Shown here piece by piece: positions 9,573-18,939 of a DNA stretch of 26,859 nucleotides. The stretch is taken from assembly GCA_049599895.1 (NCBI GenBank), contig JBMYPC010000030.1, positions 1 through 26,859 on the forward strand. Direction: 5' to 3'. Made by a program: the position numbers and the translations under genes. The notes under the pieces are model-generated. The model did no database searches, was not told the origin of the DNA, and saw nothing but the letters and a program-made list of their open reading frames with translations. This stretch comes from Bacteriovoracaceae bacterium (GTDB lineage: Bacteria > Bdellovibrionota > Bacteriovoracia > Bacteriovoracales > Bacteriovoracaceae). The number at the start of each line of letters is the position of its first letter. Position 1 is the first letter of the stretch.

Positions 9573-10421
9573 TTGGAAGCTCAAAGTTTAGAAAACTTCT
9601 TTAGAGACCATCAAACAACACTCCAAGAAAAGTATCCAGGGATCAATCGAAATGTTTTCGAAAGATGGCTAAACGTCTATAGAGAAAAAGCGGAACTTCT
9701 TTCCTTTTATACTGATGATTCTTCAAACTCATTTTTTATAACAGAGGTATTAAAGGGAACTCCCTTTGAATACATCACTAAAACATCATATTTCTACGAT
9801 TTAGAGCTTTATGTGGACTCAAGAGTCTTGATTCCAAGGTTTGAAACAGAAAGACTTCTTGAAAGAACACTTGAACTCTTTTCAAAAAATACAAAGCCCA
9901 TAAGAGCTTGTGATATTGGAACTGGTTCTGGATGCTTGGGCCTGAGTCTTTTGAGGCATTTAAAATGTCTTGAAGAAATTGTCCTTGTTGACCTTGAGGC
10001 TTCAGCTCTTGAGGTGGCAAAACTTAATTACTCAAAACTTAAATTTCTTTTTCCGCAAGGCCCAAAAGTAGATTTTAAAGAGGGAGATCGTTTGTCTCAG
10101 ACAAAAGGCCTCTTTGATCTTATTATTTCTAACCCTCCCTATATTATGGAAAATAGTGACAAAGAGGATGTTCACAGAGAGACCTATACTCATGAGCCCC
10201 ACAAAGCATTATTTTTAAAAGACAATGATTATTTTGAGTGGTTTAATGAGTTTTTTCATTCCTGTTTTAACCAACTTACTCCAGAGGGGGTTTTTGCGAT
10301 GGAGGGGAGTGAGAAGCACTTAAAAGAATTAGAAAAGACAATAAAGAATTATTCGTTTTCAGAAGTTTGGCTTGAAAAAGACTACGCAAAACAAGACAGA
10401 TTTCTTTTTGCGAAAAAATAA
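9573..10421 (+). CDS. prmC: Release factor glutamine methyltransferase PrmC/HemK
   Basis: Motifs VLIPRFETE, DIGTGSG and SNPPY; lies directly after prfA. Confidence 0.93.
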   Translation: MEAQSLENFFRDHQTTLQEKYPGINRNVFERWLNVYREKAELLSFYTDDSSNSFFITEVLKGTPFEYITKTSYFYDLELYVDSRVLIPRFETERLLERTLELFSKNTKPIRACDIGTGSGCLGLSLLRHLKCLEEIVLVDLEASALEVAKLNYSKLKFLFPQGPKVDFKEGDRLSQTKGLFDLIISNPPYIMENSDKEDVHRETYTHEPHKALFLKDNDYFEWFNEFFHSCFNQLTPEGVFAMEGSEKHLKELEKTIKNYSFSEVWLEKDYAKQDRFLFAKK

Positions 10422-10432
10422 AATGAGGATTT

Positions 10433-11704
10433 ATGGATAAGTTAATCATTAATGGACCTGCAACACTTGAAGGTGAGATTAGAATCTCAAGAGCAAAAAA
10501 TGCATTTCTCCCCATTCTTTCTGCATCAATTCTCTCCGATGAAAAACTGACTCTTAATGAAGTCCCAAATTTAAGAGACATCAACACAATGAAGCGCTTG
10601 CTTTCAAATATGGGGGCAACTCTGAGTGAAGTTGAACAATCTGACGTCGACAAAGACAATGGAATTGAAATTGACCCGACAACGATAAATAACTTCGAGG
10701 CACCTTATGAACTTGTTAAAACCATGCGTGCCTCTATTGGAGTCTTAGGACCTCTTCTCTCTAAATATAAGCGTGCTAAAGTCTCTCTACCTGGTGGCTG
10801 TGCAATTGGAGCAAGACCTGTCAACTTTCATCTTGAAGCAATGAAAAAACTTGGTGCCAACGTTGAAGTTGAAGGTGGGAATATTGTCGCTGAAACTTCG
10901 GGTCTTATTGGTAATAAAGTGACTCTGCCATTTCCTTCAGTTGGAGCGACTCAAAATGTTTTAATGGCCGCAAGTTTAGCTAAAGGTGAAACTCTCATTA
11001 CGAATGCCGCCAAAGAGCCAGAAGTCACAGACCTTGTGGATTATCTCATTCAATCAGGTGTTCCTATTGAAGGTCGTGAAACTGCTGAATTAAAAATTCA
11101 AGGCGTTGAGAGACTTAAAGGGATTTCTTATGCTCCAATTGGCGACAGAATCGAAGCTGGGACTTATCTTTGTCTTGCTCTTATGGCAAAGGCTAAGCTG
11201 AAAATCACTGGCTTTAATCCAAAACACATCGACTTTGCCATTGATATGCTCAAAGATGTTGGGGCCAACTTTGAAGTTGGTGAAGACTTTGTCACGGTCT
11301 TTCCGTCAGAGCTTCGAGGTTTCAGTTTAACGACCGCACCATATCCTGGTTTTCCAACAGATCTTCAAGCACAATTTATGTCACTGGCTTTAACCATCGA
11401 CGATGTTTCAACAATTCGAGAGAATATTTTTGAAAACAGATTTATGCATGTTCCTGAGTTAAAAAGATTTGGCGCCGAAATTGATCTTAAAGAGAATGTG
11501 GCAATCATTCGTGGAGGAAGAAAACTAACAGGAGCTCCTGTTATGTGTACGGATCTTCGAGCATCTGCTGCTTTAATTCTGACAAGCCTTATTGCTCAGG
11601 GTGAGTCTGAAGTGAGAAGAGTCTATCACCTGGATCGAGGTTATGATCGAATTGATCAAAAAATATCAAAATGCGGTGGTAAGGTCGAAAGAGTAAACGA
11701 ATAA
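10433..11704 (+). CDS. murA: UDP-N-acetylglucosamine 1-carboxyvinyltransferase
   Basis: Motifs AKNA, MRAS, LPGGCAIGARP (active-site Cys present), PGFPTDLQ and DLRA. Confidence 0.98.
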   Translation: MDKLIINGPATLEGEIRISRAKNAFLPILSASILSDEKLTLNEVPNLRDINTMKRLLSNMGATLSEVEQSDVDKDNGIEIDPTTINNFEAPYELVKTMRASIGVLGPLLSKYKRAKVSLPGGCAIGARPVNFHLEAMKKLGANVEVEGGNIVAETSGLIGNKVTLPFPSVGATQNVLMAASLAKGETLITNAAKEPEVTDLVDYLIQSGVPIEGRETAELKIQGVERLKGISYAPIGDRIEAGTYLCLALMAKAKLKITGFNPKHIDFAIDMLKDVGANFEVGEDFVTVFPSELRGFSLTTAPYPGFPTDLQAQFMSLALTIDDVSTIRENIFENRFMHVPELKRFGAEIDLKENVAIIRGGRKLTGAPVMCTDLRASAALILTSLIAQGESEVRRVYHLDRGYDRIDQKISKCGGKVERVNE

Positions 11705-11714
11705 GGAGACTTTG

Positions 11715-12068
11715 ATGGATCACCCTGATTGCTTATTTTGCAAAATCATTAAAGGTGAAATCAATTCAACGAAAGTCTATGAAGATGAGAATGTGATCGG
11801 CTTCAAAGATATTTATCCTCAGGCTGAGATTCATAATCTTTTTATTCATAAAAAACACACCAAAGACATTGCTGAGATGCTAGAAACAGACTTCTCTCAA
11901 ATTGAAGATCTCATGAAGGCCATCTCAAAGTATGTCTCTGATAACGGTTACCGATCCGGTGAAAAAGCCTTTCGGCTAGTGAATAACTGTGGCCCAGGAG
12001 CTGGACAGACTGTATTTCATACCCATATACACTTCCTCTCTGGTAAAGAACTTGGAAGTTTTGGTTAG
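11715..12068 (+). CDS. Histidine triad (HINT) nucleotide-binding protein
   Basis: Motifs CLFCKI and AGQTVFHTHIH; AAGGAG RBS. Confidence 0.93.
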   Translation: MDHPDCLFCKIIKGEINSTKVYEDENVIGFKDIYPQAEIHNLFIHKKHTKDIAEMLETDFSQIEDLMKAISKYVSDNGYRSGEKAFRLVNNCGPGAGQTVFHTHIHFLSGKELGSFG

Positions 12069-12172
12069 TTCAAAACTGAAATAAAAGCTTAGATTTTTAA
12101 GATCATCTACTTTTTCTTCTTATTAGCAGTTAGAACTTTAAGAGTTTGTTAAAACTCTCTTGGAGGTGAGTC

Positions 12173-13585
12173 GTGCATTATCTTATTTGTTTATTAATGA
12201 TTGTGTCTTTCTTTGGTTGTGGAAAAAATGATGTCGGCAGTAGTAATGTCGGAAAAAGTCCCAGGGTTCTTAAAAAAGAAGCCAAAGATAAATTTAAAGC
12301 AGCAAAGTTAAATTTTGAAAGATTGAATGAGAAAATTTCATTAGAAGACTTTTCTCTTGCAGCATCTGATGGTGAAGAAGCTCTTTTTCATCTGAAAAAT
12401 AAAGCAGCATTTTCGAAAGTGAGAGATAAGCTTATTCGAAATTTTTTAATTCAATCTTTAAAGACAAGCTCTTATGAAAAAAGTGAAATCTTTTATCATG
12501 ATTTTCAAACTGTTCTTATTGATATTGAAGAAACTGAAAAACTTCACGTTTTTAAAACATATGTGAAAGAAAATGAGAATGAAAGTTCATTAGTCCGTTT
12601 TAAAATTAAGCTTAATGAAAGGTTTTCTGAACATGTTCACTTTGAGTTTGGACATTGGGATCATTATACAGACTCAGAAACAATCTATAAAAGTGATCTT
12701 ATCCCACAGAATGGGGAACATGAAATTGAACTTCGTTTTGAAGTTTCAAATCGTTTGTTAATGCACAAAATAAGGCAGCGGCTGCCTTTTTATGTTCGTA
12801 TTTACGAAGCCGATAGAAAAAAGCTCGATCAAAAAGTTCTCTCAATGGAGAATCAAATTTTAGATCCTGAAAATACAGATTATGAAGATTTAAAGATAGA
12901 GAAAACTCTTCCCAAAAAGATCTCTGAAGATTTAGTTAAAACATATATGGACCATGAAGCAATTGTAAAAGTCCACGCCTTTAGTGAAAATATCGAGCAT
13001 GAGCTTGTGGTCTCTCCTAGAGAACTTATTGAAAAGTTTCCATTTTTTCACAGTAAAATTAAAGAAATTGTTCTTAATAATAAGGGGATCAAAGTTCAAG
13101 GAGAGGCTTTTCATGGACTGCGACTCAGTCTTGAATCCTATTACTCACGTTATCTTTTTAAGTTCTATAAAAAAGAAGGTCTCGCTCCTGATGTTACTCG
13201 AGGATGTGATATCTATTTTAGAAAGTTAATAGGAAAGGAAATAAACTTTTTACGTCCTGTAGAGAGGTTTGAAAATTTTCAGTTTCTTATTTCTGGTGAG
13301 AATCATTCAAATGATCAACAGACTAACGAGATTGTCTTCAAGGGGCTCAAAAAGCAATTACAGCTTTATGTCAAAGCAGATCGTGAGGGAGCCGCATTTA
13401 TACACGAAGGGTTTCATGAAGTTCGAAACTGCTCAGATGGACAAGACCATGTCGCCGTGATGAGATACTTTAGAAGAAAAATTGAGAATGAAGAGTTCCC
13501 GCTTACGAAGGACGAACATCCTGTGCATTACTTGGCACAGGTTGAGCTTTTCTTTTTGCCTTGGGAGCAAATTCTTTGGCAATAA
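12173..13585 (+). CDS. Hypothetical lipoprotein
   Basis: 470-aa ORF with GGAGGT RBS and a lipobox-like FFGC; no recognisable domain. Confidence 0.7.
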   Translation: MHYLICLLMIVSFFGCGKNDVGSSNVGKSPRVLKKEAKDKFKAAKLNFERLNEKISLEDFSLAASDGEEALFHLKNKAAFSKVRDKLIRNFLIQSLKTSSYEKSEIFYHDFQTVLIDIEETEKLHVFKTYVKENENESSLVRFKIKLNERFSEHVHFEFGHWDHYTDSETIYKSDLIPQNGEHEIELRFEVSNRLLMHKIRQRLPFYVRIYEADRKKLDQKVLSMENQILDPENTDYEDLKIEKTLPKKISEDLVKTYMDHEAIVKVHAFSENIEHELVVSPRELIEKFPFFHSKIKEIVLNNKGIKVQGEAFHGLRLSLESYYSRYLFKFYKKEGLAPDVTRGCDIYFRKLIGKEINFLRPVERFENFQFLISGENHSNDQQTNEIVFKGLKKQLQLYVKADREGAAFIHEGFHEVRNCSDGQDHVAVMRYFRRKIENEEFPLTKDEHPVHYLAQVELFFLPWEQILWQ

Positions 13586-14282
13586 GGTGGAGAGTCCTCG
13601 CAAATGTTTTCAAATAAAGCTCTTGAAGAGAACTCAGGGATGAGATTCCTTCAAGCTTTATGATGAAGGGATTCTTATTGAGATTAAGACTGATATAGCC
13701 CATATGCTCACCATTCTCTTCAGTTTTAAAGCCAAGACATTCATATGGGCTATTTGTGTACTGATAGGCTTCAAAAATTTTCTTTTCAATATTTTCAGAC
13801 TTTATGGCCTTCAGTTCAGAGAGATTAAATGTTCTGAGTTCAAAGTTTGGAGTTTCAGCATTTTCTTCAGCAATCCCGCGGTAAGTGATTCTCATATTTT
13901 TAGGCATCAAGGTTAGACTTAAAATTTGGCCAAGAGATTGAATGAAAGAGTCTCTGTTAGAGACAAATTCTTTTTGAAGAAGTCTTGTATGAGAATAAAC
14001 ATTTTCAAGATGATGCTGTTGAGCAAGTTTAGAAAGTTGTACTGGGCTTAAGCTCCCTAAGTTTTGTGTATCGATGATGTCCTGTAATTCGTTTTCAGTT
14101 CTTTCAAAAACCAGTGGAGACCAAAGGCATTCACTTAAACCGAGCTCATTTTGATCGCTAGTGAGAATAATATGTGAGTCTTTTAATGTTGATTCTAGGC
14201 TTGGAGTTAAAAGGATTTCTTGGTTTTCAAATTTGATATAAAAGCAATTGATTTCGTTTTGACTATGTGTGCATAGAATCAT
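13503..14282 (-). CDS. Hypothetical protein
   Basis: Long ORF; the ATG at 14282 follows GAGGGA (the ORF track extends to 14357). Confidence 0.65.
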   Translation of the reverse strand: MILCTHSQNEINCFYIKFENQEILLTPSLESTLKDSHIILTSDQNELGLSECLWSPLVFERTENELQDIIDTQNLGSLSPVQLSKLAQQHHLENVYSHTRLLQKEFVSNRDSFIQSLGQILSLTLMPKNMRITYRGIAEENAETPNFELRTFNLSELKAIKSENIEKKIFEAYQYTNSPYECLGFKTEENGEHMGYISLNLNKNPFIIKLEGISSLSSLQELYLKTFARTLHLIAKEFAPKAKRKAQPVPSNAQDVRPS

Positions 14283-14348
14283 AAAAGTCCCTCTTTTTTT
14301 ACTGTGCTGGTATAATGTCTCTAGGAATATTGTTGTAAAATCGACGGT

Positions 14349-15032
14349 TTGTGTCAACTAAAACTTAACTTTGGGATCCATTTGAGACAGAAAGTTTTAA
14401 GCCTAATAATTGTTGTTTCGGTCACTTGGTCTCTTGTTGCGATGGGCCAGGATGAGAGAAGTTTGAAACTTCTGCTTCGAAAGAAAGTTGATAATAGCCA
14501 GCAGACAATTCTTAATAAAACTCATTACCGATTCTCAACGGATTGGTACCAGTTTGATTTAGATGGGGACAAGCGGGATGAGTATATCTCCTTTGAAAAA
14601 GTGGATGGGATCGATCATATTGTCATTCGAAATTATCGAAAGTATCCCATTTTTAAAAAGCCATTTTTAACCCAGGCCATCGGTGGTGTGGTTCACAAAG
14701 TGAGAATTAAGAATATTTCAAAAGATGTGAAGCTTCTTTTGATTTATTACTTTGAGGGTGTAACTGAATATATTGATTTCCAGTCAACAGGAAGGTTGTA
14801 TTTTGTGACATGGGAAAAAAATGATCTAAACACTCTTTCAATCTCGCGAGGGCCATTTTATTGGCAAGAATACAAAAACTATAAAGGAAACTACTTTAAG
14901 AGAAAGTATGAAGTACTTGTTCAAGATTTCAATGGAGATGGATTAGAGGAGGTGATGTCAAAGTATCATCATATCAGCCGAGTCTATCATTATGCTGGTC
15001 GTGGAGTTTGGAAGAAGCTCCCTCCGGAATAA
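14349..15032 (+). CDS. Secreted hypothetical protein with two FG-GAP/VCBS-like Ca-binding loops
   Basis: Signal-like N-terminus; DLDGDKRDE and DFNGDGLEE motifs. Start position uncertain. Confidence 0.7.
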   Translation: MCQLKLNFGIHLRQKVLSLIIVVSVTWSLVAMGQDERSLKLLLRKKVDNSQQTILNKTHYRFSTDWYQFDLDGDKRDEYISFEKVDGIDHIVIRNYRKYPIFKKPFLTQAIGGVVHKVRIKNISKDVKLLLIYYFEGVTEYIDFQSTGRLYFVTWEKNDLNTLSISRGPFYWQEYKNYKGNYFKRKYEVLVQDFNGDGLEEVMSKYHHISRVYHYAGRGVWKKLPPE

Positions 15033-15038
15033 ACTTTT

Positions 15039-15422
15039 TTAAGAAGCTTTTCTGTGATCCCCATCTGAAGTGTATTCAGATTTTTTCTGTTTTCGAAACT
15101 CATCTAATGAAACTGTATTGTTGGGAGTCTCACTAGGTGAGGGAGTTGCTGGGACAACATTACCTTTAAGAATTGTATGAAAAAGAAAAGGCGTCGAAAC
15201 AAGAGCGATAAGGAATAAAATAGAATAGCCAAATGGTGCTGATTGACCATCTTTTGCTGGAATGCCATTTTTAAATTCAAAGCCGTTATGGCCATTAAAG
15301 CCAGGACCTTGGTCGATACTGATACCTGAAACAGGTTCAACTGCAGGAGAGCGAGAGAAGCCAGTTGTTGCGAACACAAGATTGATAAAGAGAATAAAGG
15401 TAAAAGCATTTAGTATTTTCAT
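15039..15422 (-). CDS. Small membrane-anchored hypothetical protein
   Basis: Signal peptide, one further TM helix and a charged tail (VSLDEFRKQK...RKAS); GGAGA RBS before the ATG at 15422. Confidence 0.7.
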   Translation of the reverse strand: MKILNAFTFILFINLVFATTGFSRSPAVEPVSGISIDQGPGFNGHNGFEFKNGIPAKDGQSAPFGYSILFLIALVSTPFLFHTILKGNVVPATPSPSETPNNTVSLDEFRKQKKSEYTSDGDHRKAS

Positions 15423-15446
15423 TTTTTCTCCCATGATTCAATAACT

Positions 15447-15474
15447 TTATCGTCACTTCAAAGCCCGAGCTTAA
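15447..15474 (-). promoter_or_regulatory. Candidate sigma28 (FliA) promoter
   Basis: Minus strand reads TTAAG-N15-GACGATAA versus the consensus TAAA-N15-GCCGATAA, about 25 bp upstream of the start codon. Confidence 0.6.
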
Positions 15475-15494
15475 AGTTTCACCAAAGACAACAG

Positions 15495-16322
15495 CTATAG
15501 TCGGTCTTTATGAACAATCATATCTTCGCCAGCTGCTATAATTTCACCCACTTGAAATTCACTCCAAACATTTTCTGAAAGAGTGGGTTCGCTTGAAATA
15601 ATGAGATGGCTGACCTTGCCACTCGGGATTTCTTTTTCACATTCAGGAGCATAGTTTGCACAGGTTGAGCTTTCGCTACACTTTGATTTGTGAGTGCTAT
15701 AAAAAAGCTTTTTACCGCCCTGATGAGAATAAACTGATTTTCCATTGCTTAAGATAAAGGTCAGAAAGTTTTCAGTATTGCCTTCGTCGATGACTGAATA
15801 GTCACCAATCATTTTAGTGAGGTCGGTAATGGCCTTTCTGAGAAGAGGAACACCTGTTGAAACGGAGTTTCCTTTATTTTGGGTAAGATAAGAGAGGAGG
15901 AAAAAGAAGATAAGTTCACTATCTGTTTGTCCCAAGATAAATTGTCGAAGCTCTGGAGTAATAGTCTCCTTTATCTTCTCTCTATGATCTTCAAAGTTCT
16001 TTATATTTCCATTGTGAGCAAAAACCCAAGGCCCGTACTGAAAGGGGTGGGTATTCAGTATGTTATTCTCTCCGATAGTTGATTTTCGAATATGGGCAAG
16101 AACAGTTTTTGAAGAGACAACTCCTGAGACCTTTTTAAAAAGAGCGCTGTTCTTTGCCATGTCTGTGGACTTAATAATGTGGGGTGAGCCTTCACGGTAG
16201 TAGGCGACACCCCAGCCATCGGGATGTTTAATGCTTTGGACTTCCAGAGCATTGTCCGCTTCTACTAAGCTTTTATGAACTTGGCCTTCAATGATTGATC
16301 TGAAGCCAAATAGTCGACACAT
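15495..16322 (-). CDS. Class II glutamine amidotransferase (YafJ/EgtC-like Ntn hydrolase)
   Basis: N-terminal MCRLFG; motifs HPDGWG, AHIRKST, NTHPF, FAHNG and TDSE. Confidence 0.92.
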   Translation of the reverse strand: MCRLFGFRSIIEGQVHKSLVEADNALEVQSIKHPDGWGVAYYREGSPHIIKSTDMAKNSALFKKVSGVVSSKTVLAHIRKSTIGENNILNTHPFQYGPWVFAHNGNIKNFEDHREKIKETITPELRQFILGQTDSELIFFFLLSYLTQNKGNSVSTGVPLLRKAITDLTKMIGDYSVIDEGNTENFLTFILSNGKSVYSHQGGKKLFYSTHKSKCSESSTCANYAPECEKEIPSGKVSHLIISSEPTLSENVWSEFQVGEIIAAGEDMIVHKDRL

Positions 16323-16466
16323 AGACTTTTATCTTTAGTTATTTCGAGGAGATAAAATCAGCACTCGAGTTAATTGATTCATTTTACCAATCCAAGTCAT
16401 TAAGTTCAAAAATGGTATTAATTTCCGGTAGCTGAAAAAGTTTTTCTTAAGTCCCATAATCATATT

Positions 16467-17114
16467 ATGGCATTATTTCCGCAAATAGCCGCAAGCACAT
16501 TCAAAACACTCGGTCATCTTAAAGAGATGAAAAACATCTACAAGATGACTAAGAGAAAGCTTCAAAAAATATCGGACCCTATTTCTAGGGCACAACACGC
16601 CTATAAAAAAGTTGATGAGTTTACTAATGAAGTCTTAGATGACGAGATTGTGCAAAAGCATCTTCAGTGTAAAAAAGGTTGCTCTGCCTGTTGTCACACT
16701 CAAGTTTCAATTACTCATGATGAGGGAGCATTGCTTGCAAAAATAATCGAGGATGGATTTCCTGTAGACTGGCATCGGCTTTATAGGCAGAAAGAAGCAG
16801 GGAACTCTTTTTCAGAGTACTTTAAAATTCCTTATGAAGAAAGAAAGTGTATCTTTCTTGATAGCGAGGGTGGTTGTTCCATTTATGAAAATCGGTCTAT
16901 GGTCTGTCGAACCAATAATGTCGTAAGTCCAGCTGCCAACTGTGATACAAGAGTTGAAACAAGACCGACAATCCGATTAATCAATACCCATAAATCCAAT
17001 ATGGTGATCTATAGTGCTTTTGAAGTCTCAAGTGGTGGAACATTACCGAAAGTTCTTTGGGACACTCTTGAGAAGGCCAAAAAAGTACCACTTTTTCTTG
17101 GGAAGAGACCCTAG
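16467..17114 (+). CDS. YkgJ family cysteine-cluster (CxxCxxCC-type) protein
   Basis: Motifs CKKGCSACC, CIFL and CSIYENRSMVCR. Confidence 0.88.
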   Translation: MALFPQIAASTFKTLGHLKEMKNIYKMTKRKLQKISDPISRAQHAYKKVDEFTNEVLDDEIVQKHLQCKKGCSACCHTQVSITHDEGALLAKIIEDGFPVDWHRLYRQKEAGNSFSEYFKIPYEERKCIFLDSEGGCSIYENRSMVCRTNNVVSPAANCDTRVETRPTIRLINTHKSNMVIYSAFEVSSGGTLPKVLWDTLEKAKKVPLFLGKRP

Positions 17115-17827
17115 TCTTTCTTTTGATATTTTGAGTTAAGTGAAAGCCCTTTTTCGTAAATCTTATTCATCGTTTGATCAGATAACCCAAGATGAAAGCC
17201 AACCTTAAGGCATTGGTTCATGAGAACTTGAAAGAGAATTCCATTTTTTTTAAAGCGTATACTTGAAGTGACAGAGTCAAACTCAAAGAGTTTAGGAACG
17301 CTGACTTGAGAAAGCTGTCTGGAATAGAGGGTGTCTTCAAAAATATCGGCTTCAGGGACTTTTAAAAGTTCATCTGGAATATGGTCTCGATTAATGAAAA
17401 AGCAATGATCAAGGTAAGCGATCTTTCCATATTTCAATCTAACTTGATTTGAGTAAAAAGAAGTAAACTTCAAAATGGGATGCTCTTCATCGAATCTATG
17501 AGTGAAGGCGCCCCAGGCAATATCTTGATTCAGGTTTTCAATAGCGTTGTAGGCCTTAGGAGAGAGAAAACTTCGGGGATGAAGAATGATGATTTTTGAA
17601 TGGGCTGCCTTATCAATGCCATGATTGATTCGTTTCGCTCGATTATTAGATTGAATTGAGTAAAGCTCGATTGTGCCATAGCTTTTAACTTTTTGAAATG
17701 TCTCTGGGTCGTGCTCCTCAAGAACAACGATGACTTGGCAATAAGGCAAATTTTTCAATGCCTCAAGGTTTTCCCAAAAAAAAGAATTTTTCGATTCTTT
17801 ATGTCCTGTGAGTATCACTGAAATCAT
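17111..17827 (-). CDS. GT2-like glycosyltransferase (TIGR04283-like), divergent
   Basis: MISVI start, RAKRINHG, WGAFTHRF, IFED and TSSIRF follow the family layout. Confidence 0.7.
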   Translation of the reverse strand: MISVILTGHKESKNSFFWENLEALKNLPYCQVIVVLEEHDPETFQKVKSYGTIELYSIQSNNRAKRINHGIDKAAHSKIIILHPRSFLSPKAYNAIENLNQDIAWGAFTHRFDEEHPILKFTSFYSNQVRLKYGKIAYLDHCFFINRDHIPDELLKVPEADIFEDTLYSRQLSQVSVPKLFEFDSVTSSIRFKKNGILFQVLMNQCLKVGFHLGLSDQTMNKIYEKGLSLNSKYQKKD

Positions 17828-17890
17828 AGGGAAAAAGCGTCCTTAAAAAGATTTGTCTTAGCGCATGCATTATCATTTATAAAAGAGTAC

Positions 17891-18721
17891 ATGCAAAGGC
17901 ATTTTAAATCGATGGAAAAGAAAAAAATAGTAGTTCGAAAATATACACCGAAACAAAAAACGTTACTGACTGTACTTTTTTCATTGGGTGCAATTGTCTT
18001 CACACTTTCATTTTATTTTAAGAGCAAGAATTTTTACAAGCAATATCCTGTCTACAATACTTTGCTTGAAAGACATCTTAAAACTCATGAAGGTGATAGC
18101 GAATTTCAGATTCAATCTCTCATTAAAGGGCATGAAGAAAATTTCAGAAGAGACCTTATGCGTATTAATGAATCAAAGTTACTTCTTAGTGAGGATGAGC
18201 TAGATGTGGTCTTGTCTTTAATCGAAACTTCTCCTAAAAGAAGAACTTCATCTTATGAGCAGGCTTTTCTTGATGTGAATGATCCTTTTCATTCCTTTCG
18301 TGAAAACTGGGAAAGCTCATCAAAAGTGAAAGTTATCACTCGTGATCAGAAGCTCTCAGAAAAAGAAAATCTTGTTCTTCAGTATTTAGAGTATCGAAAC
18401 AAAGACGGCTCTGTTGCCTATGGAATGAATTCATTTCCAAGAGCGGGATTTTCAGGTGATCGCAAAATTGTCAATGAAGTCTTAGACCATGACTGTAATG
18501 TGGTTTTAAGAAGAGTTGGGAAGTTTTTAGGACCACGAAAAATTGCCTGGCTTTCTTCGACGTTAAAAGGCAATGATCTCGTTGATATTCAGATAGCAGT
18601 TGAGCAAGTCGTAGGAGAGAACCTAAGTTCTCATGGCGCGAGCTTCAACTTTTCAAAAGTTAAAAGTCGTGTTGAGAAAATTCAATTTTTCTCAAATGAG
18701 TTTAAAAGAATTTTTAATTAA
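17891..18721 (+). CDS. Hypothetical single-pass membrane protein
   Basis: 276-aa ORF with a basic N-terminus followed by one TM helix. Confidence 0.7.
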   Translation: MQRHFKSMEKKKIVVRKYTPKQKTLLTVLFSLGAIVFTLSFYFKSKNFYKQYPVYNTLLERHLKTHEGDSEFQIQSLIKGHEENFRRDLMRINESKLLLSEDELDVVLSLIETSPKRRTSSYEQAFLDVNDPFHSFRENWESSSKVKVITRDQKLSEKENLVLQYLEYRNKDGSVAYGMNSFPRAGFSGDRKIVNEVLDHDCNVVLRRVGKFLGPRKIAWLSSTLKGNDLVDIQIAVEQVVGENLSSHGASFNFSKVKSRVEKIQFFSNEFKRIFN

Positions 18722-18853
18722 CTAATCTTCCCAAGAATCAGTGTATCCTAAAAGATTTGATTGATAATCAAAGTCCTTTTTCAGCAGTTTTGAAAGAACC
18801 TGAAAGTAGAAGTCTTGGAATTGGGCCCAAATCTTTTCAAGCTTTAAGTACAT
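18722..18853 (-). CDS. Putative 43-aa small protein (MYLKLEKIWAQFQDFYFQVLSKLLKKDFDYQSNLLGYTDSWED)
   Basis: Translated by hand. AGAGGA RBS 6 nt before the ATG and TATAAT upstream. Its TAG abuts the stop of the convergent gene. Confidence 0.5.
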   Translation of the reverse strand: MYLKLEKIWAQFQDFYFQVLSKLLKKDFDYQSNLLGYTDSWED

Positions 18854-18939
18854 TATTCATCCTCTGATGAGCTTAGATTATAGGAATTTAATTAGAGAGA
18901 GATGAGCCCTAAGTTATAACTTAATGAGCCCTGAAGAAT

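Noticed and set aside
8000..10659. Alternative-frame and antisense ORFs inside rho, prfA, prmC and murA (and similar ones elsewhere in the track)
   Set aside because: They overlap well-conserved genes and have no motifs; they are shadow ORFs.
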